A stretch of DNA of 64,000 nt, from positions 22,888 to 86,887 of the forward strand of contig CAYTTR010000003.1 in NCBI GenBank assembly GCA_964440805.1, given 5' to 3'. The notes beneath the pieces are model-generated. The model worked only from the letters and a program-made list of their open reading frames with translations. It ran no database searches and was not told the DNA's origin. Shown piece after piece: positions 58,699 to 64,000 of this stretch (positions within the stretch are counted from its first letter, which is position 1; the number at the start of each line of letters is the position of its first letter). The stretch comes from an uncultured Eubacteriales bacterium (GTDB lineage: Bacteria > Acidobacteriota > Aminicenantia > Aminicenantales > Aminicenantaceae). The position numbers were made by a program, and so were the translations under genes.

Positions 58699-60030
58699 TC
58701 ACCAGGGAATTAAACTTTCCCAGCCGTGAGGAAGTCTCTTGACAACATCATTTAAAATGGCAAATACGATTAGAAAAATGAAGATGGCGAACCCGATTTG
58801 CATTATGACTTGTTTAACCTTAGGGGGAAAATCTTTTCTGAAAATCCCTTCAATTATCAAAACAAGAATCTGGCCGCCGTCGAGGACGGGAATGGGGAAA
58901 AGATTAATCACTCCAAGTTGAAGACTGATTAAGGCAATCCAGCTCATCAAGCTGAGCAAACCCATACGAAAAGCAGCATAAGAAAAACTGGCTATCTCAA
59001 TCGGCCCTCCTAATTGACTGGGAGAAGCTTCTCCTGTGAATAGATTCTTTATGAAATCAATAACCAGAGTGACCAGCTGGGCATTCCATTTGACACTCTC
59101 TATTATGGCAGAAAAAAAGTTGTACTTTCTCGTTTCCGAGCGGGGAGCTTGCATTATTCCGATACGTCCTATATCTCCCCTTCTTTCGGGAGTTACTTGG
59201 ATTGTGATTTTTTTATTATCTCTCTCAATAAGAAAACCCAGGGTTTCTCCTGGATTCTGCTGGACAATCTCCACAAATTTATAAAAATAAACAGGCTCTC
59301 CGTTTATAGCCAAAATAACGTCTCCTGGTTTAATCCCTGCCTCTTCCGCTGGAGAGTTCGGCTCGACCATTTCCACCTGAGTAAGGATTTGCCCGTAAAA
59401 TCCAGCATATCCCATCTGGTAGCGAGTTTTGCTTTCAGTAGTTAGGGGAACCTCCAGCATTTCCTCATCCCTTTTAATTTCGATATTAATGGTCCGGTCA
59501 GGTTTTGTTCCCACTGCCAGGTTGACATCATTCCAGGTTCCTGTCTTCTTATCATTAATTCTGAGGATAAGATCACCTGGCTTCAAACCAGCTCTCTCTG
59601 AAGGAGAATCAGGTTCTATCCAGCCGATAACAGGAGCTTCATTCAAGTACTGGGGCACATTCACCCCAACCATATTGATCACAGTCATTAGGAATACAGC
59701 TAAGAGAATATTCATGACTGAACCCATGACCAGCACTAAAAACCGCTCCCATCTTTTCTTGGACATGAAATCCCCGGGACTGCTGCTATCCGGTTTGGAA
59801 TAGTCTTCTTCACCGCTGAACTTAACGTATCCTCCCATGGGAATAAGACTTATCCGGTAATCTGTCTCTCCCTTTTTTATACCGAAAAGGCGTTTTCCAT
59901 ATCCCCAGGAAAAAACCTCTATCCTCATACCTACAAGTTTTCCCATGAAAAAATGTCCAAACTCATGAACAAAAACAAGAATGCCAAAGACCAAGGCAAA
60001 GGCAAACAAGGTTCCTATTAATGATCCCAT
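58699..60030 (-). CDS. rseP: RIP zinc metalloprotease RseP (site-2 protease) with PDZ domains
   Basis: HEFGHF in TM1; PDZ segments; conserved position between dxr and ispG. Confidence 0.85.
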   Translation of the reverse strand: MGSLIGTLFAFALVFGILVFVHEFGHFFMGKLVGMRIEVFSWGYGKRLFGIKKGETDYRISLIPMGGYVKFSGEEDYSKPDSSSPGDFMSKKRWERFLVLVMGSVMNILLAVFLMTVINMVGVNVPQYLNEAPVIGWIEPDSPSERAGLKPGDLILRINDKKTGTWNDVNLAVGTKPDRTINIEIKRDEEMLEVPLTTESKTRYQMGYAGFYGQILTQVEMVEPNSPAEEAGIKPGDVILAINGEPVYFYKFVEIVQQNPGETLGFLIERDNKKITIQVTPERRGDIGRIGIMQAPRSETRKYNFFSAIIESVKWNAQLVTLVIDFIKNLFTGEASPSQLGGPIEIASFSYAAFRMGLLSLMSWIALISLQLGVINLFPIPVLDGGQILVLIIEGIFRKDFPPKVKQVIMQIGFAIFIFLIVFAILNDVVKRLPHGWESLIPW

Positions 60031-60035
60031 TTGAA

Positions 60036-61190
60036 TTACCTTCTTTCTAAAATTTTCTGTGTTTGAATTCGGGCTTCCCGATCGAGTGCCAGAATGTCTT
60101 CCAGTGTGGAAGCAGACTGATGACTATGTTTTTCTACTACTTCCATGACTATTTGATGAATCCGGGTAAAATCAATTCGTCCTTTGAGAAAAGCGGCCAC
60201 TGTGACTTCATTGGCTGCATTTAAAGTCACTGACTTGCTCTGGTTTTCAGCTAATACTTTTCGGGCAAGGTTAACCAAAGGAAATTTTTCCTCATCCACC
60301 TTAAAGAATTCAAGAGATCTGACCCGGGCCAAATCAAGGGAAGGAATGATTCCTTCTTCTCTTGATGGAGCACTTAGAGCGAATTGAATTGGAATTTTCA
60401 TATCGGTGGGGCTAAGCTGGGCCAGAAAAGAACCATCCTTCATTTCAACCAGAGAATGGACTATGCTCTGGGGGTGGATTAAAATATCTAATTTTTCCGG
60501 AGGAAGACCGAAGAGCCAGCGGGCCTCAATAAGCTCCAGTCCTTTATTCATCATGGTGGCTGAATCGACTGTAACTTTGGCCCCCATTTTCCACCTGGGA
60601 TGCTTAAGGGTATCTTCAATGGAGACAGCGAATAATTTCTCTTTTGGAGTCTTGAAGAAGGGTCCTCCAGAGGCAGTCAGGATAACCTTCCTTACATGGT
60701 CAAGTTTTTCCTTGCTTAAACATTGATAGACACCGCTGTGTTCACTGTCCACAGGGATTATTTCTGCTCCTGAGCGGGAAGCCTCTTCCTGAATTAGTTT
60801 TCCTCCAGCAACCATGGATTCCTTATTGGCCAAGGCTATCCTCTTACCTGCCTTGACTGCTGCCAAGGTGGGTTCTAGACCTCTGATTCCAGTTATAGCT
60901 GAAATCACAATATCGTTTTCTTCTAATCCGGCAATTTCCCGGGCTCCCTTTTCTCCTTGAAGAACAGTGACAGAAAGATGTTCAGCTTGCTGCCGGAACC
61001 ACTCGTATTCTCTGCGTGAATCAAGAGCTACATACTGAGGTTTAAATTCTGTCGCTTGCTTTAACAGTAAATCAGTGTTTTTTCCAGCTACTAATCCAAT
61101 AACCTTGAATTTCTCTTTGAAATGCCGGATGACTTCAAGAGTGTTTTTTCCTATAGAGCCGGTTGAACCCAGAATTGTTACTCTTTTCAT
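60036..61190 (-). CDS. dxr: 1-deoxy-D-xylulose-5-phosphate reductoisomerase
   Basis: ILGSTGSIGKNTLEV N-terminal NADPH motif, 384 aa. Confidence 0.9.
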   Translation of the reverse strand: MKRVTILGSTGSIGKNTLEVIRHFKEKFKVIGLVAGKNTDLLLKQATEFKPQYVALDSRREYEWFRQQAEHLSVTVLQGEKGAREIAGLEENDIVISAITGIRGLEPTLAAVKAGKRIALANKESMVAGGKLIQEEASRSGAEIIPVDSEHSGVYQCLSKEKLDHVRKVILTASGGPFFKTPKEKLFAVSIEDTLKHPRWKMGAKVTVDSATMMNKGLELIEARWLFGLPPEKLDILIHPQSIVHSLVEMKDGSFLAQLSPTDMKIPIQFALSAPSREEGIIPSLDLARVRSLEFFKVDEEKFPLVNLARKVLAENQSKSVTLNAANEVTVAAFLKGRIDFTRIHQIVMEVVEKHSHQSASTLEDILALDREARIQTQKILERR

Positions 61191-61284
61191 CCTTCTTCAC
61201 TCATAAAGTTAGATTATACCTTATAACCAAAATCATTTCCCCCATAAGACAAATTGGAGATTCTTCTGACGAAATTCATATTGG

Positions 61285-62139
61285 CTAAAAAAAATATCTC
61301 AAGAGATAATAATAAAAAGGGGTAGCTAAAATAAGGCTGTCTGCTCTATCTAAAATTCCCCCATGCCCGGGGAGAATATTGGATGAATCTTTTACTCCTA
61401 CTGCTCTCTTAAAGAGTGATTCCAAGGGATCACTCACTTGAGCCACAGCATGAACAATAAAAGCAAACACAATTCCTCTAATCACTCCCATTTCCGGAAG
61501 AAGCACCTGTTGAGCTATCCACCCTCCCAAACAGGCTGCGACAATTCCACCAAGACCTCCTTCCCACGTCTTTTTTGGGCTGGCCAAAGGAGTCATCTTC
61601 CTTTTTCCGACGAGTTTTCCCAGCAGGTAAGCTCCGGTGTCTCCAACAAAAATAACTGCAAACAGATAATAAACATACAAAGGGCCTCTCTCTTCCCTTA
61701 ATAGACTTATGTGATTAAGAGTGAAGCTCAAATAAACCACTCCGAAAAAAGCCAGCCCTATGGAGGCAGGGAAAAGGGGAAGTTTCTCTATCTTGTTAAC
61801 CGAGACAACAAAATAAATTCCGGCAAGAAAAAGAACCAGAAATAAAGCTAAAGCCAGATCAATACAAGAAAAATAAAAGGGCAGGCTGACAATCATGGCC
61901 ATAATCAGACCAAAGGCTTTGAGGGGAAGAATTTTTCTTTTTTCAGCCAGATTTAAGAACTCATAAAGGGCTACCAGGATTACAGCCTGAAGAAAAAGGA
62001 AAAAAACGGGACGGGGAAAATACTGAATGGAGATAAAGACAAAAGCAAGCAGGATTAGAGCTGTTATTGTTCTTTTACCAAAATCCATGCTTTCCTCGCT
62101 AAAAAAAATATCTCTTTTTTTGGACAAAAACCAGTTCAA
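61285..62139 (-). CDS. cdsA: phosphatidate cytidylyltransferase
   Basis: multi-TM protein with the C-terminal CTP_transf_1 signature SLFKRAVGVKDSSNILPGHGGILDRADS. Confidence 0.8.
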   Translation of the reverse strand: MNWFLSKKRDIFFSEESMDFGKRTITALILLAFVFISIQYFPRPVFFLFLQAVILVALYEFLNLAEKRKILPLKAFGLIMAMIVSLPFYFSCIDLALALFLVLFLAGIYFVVSVNKIEKLPLFPASIGLAFFGVVYLSFTLNHISLLREERGPLYVYYLFAVIFVGDTGAYLLGKLVGKRKMTPLASPKKTWEGGLGGIVAACLGGWIAQQVLLPEMGVIRGIVFAFIVHAVAQVSDPLESLFKRAVGVKDSSNILPGHGGILDRADSLILATPFYYYLLRYFF

Positions 62140-62164
62140 AGGCTTAATTGAAAAACTCTTCTAA

Positions 62165-63013
62165 CTATTCCCTTTCCCTTCGGGAGTTTTCAAGCCCGCC
62201 AAACCTTCTTTCTCTTTTTTGATATTCCAGGATGGCTTGAAGCATATGAATCCGCCTGAAATCAGGCCACAAGACATCAGTAATCCATATTTCAGAATAA
62301 GCAATTTGCCAGAGGAGAAAATTGGAGATTCTCATCTCCCCGCTGGTCCTTATCAATAAATCAGGATCTGGAATCTCACCGGTGTACAGAAAGTGCGTGA
62401 ACGATTTCTCATCAAGCTTTTCTGGGGAAATATTTTCACTCCTCAGAATGTTTTGGCAAGCATCCACAATTTCCGACCGGCCTCCATAATTTAGAGCAAG
62501 AATCACAGTCATTCTGTCGAAATCCCTCGTAATCTCCTCCACTCTTTCCAATTCTTTTCTAACCGAGGGAGGAATTCTTTCCTTTCTTCCAATCACTTTC
62601 AATCTCAGCCTGTTTTCCTGGAAATCTTTATCCTGTTTTTTTAAATAATCCTCCAGGAGTCTCCAGAGAGTTCTAACTTCTCTTGGCGGCCTTTTCCAGT
62701 TTTCATTGGAAAAAGCAAACAGGGTTAAATATTTAATGCCCGCCCTGGCTGCTGTCTCCACCGCTTCCTGGACTGACTTTGTCCCAGCCCGGTGGCCTTC
62801 TATCCGGGGCAGATTTCTCATTTTAGCCCATCGTCCATTGCCGTCCATGATGATGGCTATATGAAGGGGGAGCCGGTTAAAATCTATTTTTTCGACGACC
62901 TTCTCTTCTTCACTGCCGGGGCTTATGTATCCCTTTAATGATTCCAACATAGCAGAGAAATTATAGGGAGTCATCAAGAAATTGTCAAAAAGGAAAAAGG
63001 AGACATTCCTCAC
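62165..63013 (-). CDS. uppS: undecaprenyl diphosphate synthase (cis-isoprenyl transferase)
   Basis: HIAIIMDGNGRWAKMRNLPRIEGHRAG motif; true start may be an internal Met. Confidence 0.85.
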   Translation of the reverse strand: MRNVSFFLFDNFLMTPYNFSAMLESLKGYISPGSEEEKVVEKIDFNRLPLHIAIIMDGNGRWAKMRNLPRIEGHRAGTKSVQEAVETAARAGIKYLTLFAFSNENWKRPPREVRTLWRLLEDYLKKQDKDFQENRLRLKVIGRKERIPPSVRKELERVEEITRDFDRMTVILALNYGGRSEIVDACQNILRSENISPEKLDEKSFTHFLYTGEIPDPDLLIRTSGEMRISNFLLWQIAYSEIWITDVLWPDFRRIHMLQAILEYQKRERRFGGLENSRRERE

Positions 63014-63105
63014 TGGAACTTCTTTTGCACTTCTGCTAATCTATATAGTCAAGAAGATTGACCTGAGGAATGTCCCGGTTTAAATTCAAAAGAAAGGTAG
63101 ACAAA

Positions 63106-63342
63106 ATGTGCCTGGGAATACCTGCCAAAGTGGTGGAACTCAAGGATCAGACTCAAGGAAAAGTAGATTATCTGGGAACCAGAGTTCCGGTGGACTTTTC
63201 ACTCCTTGATAAGGTTCAACTTAATGATTGGGTAATTGTTCATGCCGGTTTTGCTATCTCCAAGCTTAATGAGAAAGAAGCTGAAGAAACCTTTCAGCTT
63301 CTTGAGGAGTATGTCAGAGCAGTCAAAACAGAAGATGAATGA
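63106..63342 (+). CDS. hypC: hydrogenase maturation factor HypC/HupF
   Basis: MCLGIPAKVVEL N-terminal motif; start refined to ATG 63106. Confidence 0.8.
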   Translation: MCLGIPAKVVELKDQTQGKVDYLGTRVPVDFSLLDKVQLNDWVIVHAGFAISKLNEKEAEETFQLLEEYVRAVKTEDE

Positions 63343-63372
63343 AGAAAGACATAAATTGTAAGTAATTAAAAA

Positions 63373-64000
63373 ATGAAGACAGAAGAACTCAGGAATCCAG
63401 AAGTAATTCGCGGCCTTCTAAAGAAAATTTCTGAAAAAACTCATATTCTTCCCCGGACTCCTGTCAGAATCATGGAAGTCTGCGGAACCCATACCATGGT
63501 TATTCATAAATTTGGTCTGCGGGAGCTGCTTCTTCAGGCAGGGATAGAAATGCTTTCAGGTCCAGGATGCCCTGTTTGCATCACTCCCAACGAGTTTCAC
63601 CAGGCAGCCATCTCATTGGTTACCAATGAAGCCAACATTATTCTGAGCACTTTCGGGGATATGACCAGGGTCCCCACTCCATCGGGCTCCATTCAGACAG
63701 CAATACCTCACAGGAATTCTAAAGTCCGGGTAGTCTATTCTCCCTTTGAATCCTTAAATTCAGCCCGTAATAAGCCGGACAAAGAGTTTGTTTTTTTCGG
63801 GGTTGGCTTTGAAACAACTATTCCTGGTATTGCCATGACCATTAAAAAGGCTGTCCAAGAAAGAATAAATAATTTTTCTGTTCTATCTGCCTTCTGGCTG
63901 ATTCCACCTCCGCTTAGGACTATTGTTGAAAGTGGAGAAACAAATATCCATGGATTCCTTTATCCAGGTCATGTCTCTGCCATAATCGGTATTAAACCGT
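63373..64000 (+). CDS. hypD: hydrogenase maturation factor HypD (N-terminal part, continues beyond window)
   Basis: MEVCGTHT and GPGCPVC motifs; no stop before the window end. Confidence 0.85.
   Translation, partial: MKTEELRNPEVIRGLLKKISEKTHILPRTPVRIMEVCGTHTMVIHKFGLRELLLQAGIEMLSGPGCPVCITPNEFHQAAISLVTNEANIILSTFGDMTRVPTPSGSIQTAIPHRNSKVRVVYSPFESLNSARNKPDKEFVFFGVGFETTIPGIAMTIKKAVQERINNFSVLSAFWLIPPPLRTIVESGETNIHGFLYPGHVSAIIGIKP

Overview
This is a 64-kb chromosomal window from a Gram-negative-type bacterium, and it is gene-dense, mostly housekeeping and envelope functions.

Supported CDS, in order:
- partial FAD-linked oxidase (GlcD-like), then transketolase
- a small-molecule/polysaccharide-type cluster: frameshifted GNAT, PIG-L/LmbE deacetylase, GT4 glycosyltransferase, FemAB/CelD-like acetyltransferase
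- class IV (branched-chain) aminotransferase
- an EF-G paralog followed by a single-domain KaiC/RecA-like ATPase
- a long XRE-family regulator, a lipoprotein, and a multi-PAS HisKA_2/HWE-type sensor kinase
- a heptose LPS module: split HldE kinase and adenylyltransferase, GT9 heptosyltransferase
- an ICMT-like methyltransferase and a SpoU RNA methyltransferase
- a sigmaE-like ECF sigma / anti-sigma / HtrA trio
- a 7-gene acyl-CoA operon: HMG-CoA synthase, thiolase, DUF35, carboxyltransferase, enoyl-CoA hydratase, biotin carboxylase, BCCP
- a second ECF sigma / zinc-finger anti-sigma / LiaF-like TM / DUF4097 module
- an M50 protease, ferredoxin and a TPR protein
- a DUF62 SAM-hydroxide adenosyltransferase / RecD2 / cNMP-binding operon
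- a membrane-anchored NPP-type phosphodiesterase and LepB
- ychF, then tgt-yajC-secD-secF
- tonB-exbB-exbD
- a ParB-like protein plus spore-photoproduct-lyase-like radical SAM operon
- a nucleoside-phosphorylase-like protein, a 2-hydroxyacid dehydrogenase and a LarE-like PP-loop ATPase
- the conserved uppS-cdsA-dxr-rseP-ispG block
- hypC and partial hypD

Three tRNAs are present, all on the minus strand: Arg-CCG, Leu-CAA and Arg-CCT.

The most unusual sequence-level feature is a set of short modular repeats in intergenic regions:
- a two-hairpin palindromic element (GGGGACGTTCCCC AAAGGGACACCCTTT CCCC) in at least 9 copies
- arrays of degenerate ~9-nt units (NNGTTTATY and GTCTATTCGGT-type)
- a GAG/GCG-rich box
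- two copies of a roughly 200-250 bp TIR-bounded element with a conserved, apparently structured core

Candidate novel systems are the ParB-like + SPL-like radical SAM pair, the HMGCS/thiolase/DUF35 + biotin carboxylase operon, and the DUF62-RecD2-cNMP operon. All functional calls rest on motif recognition by eye; no database search or computation was run.
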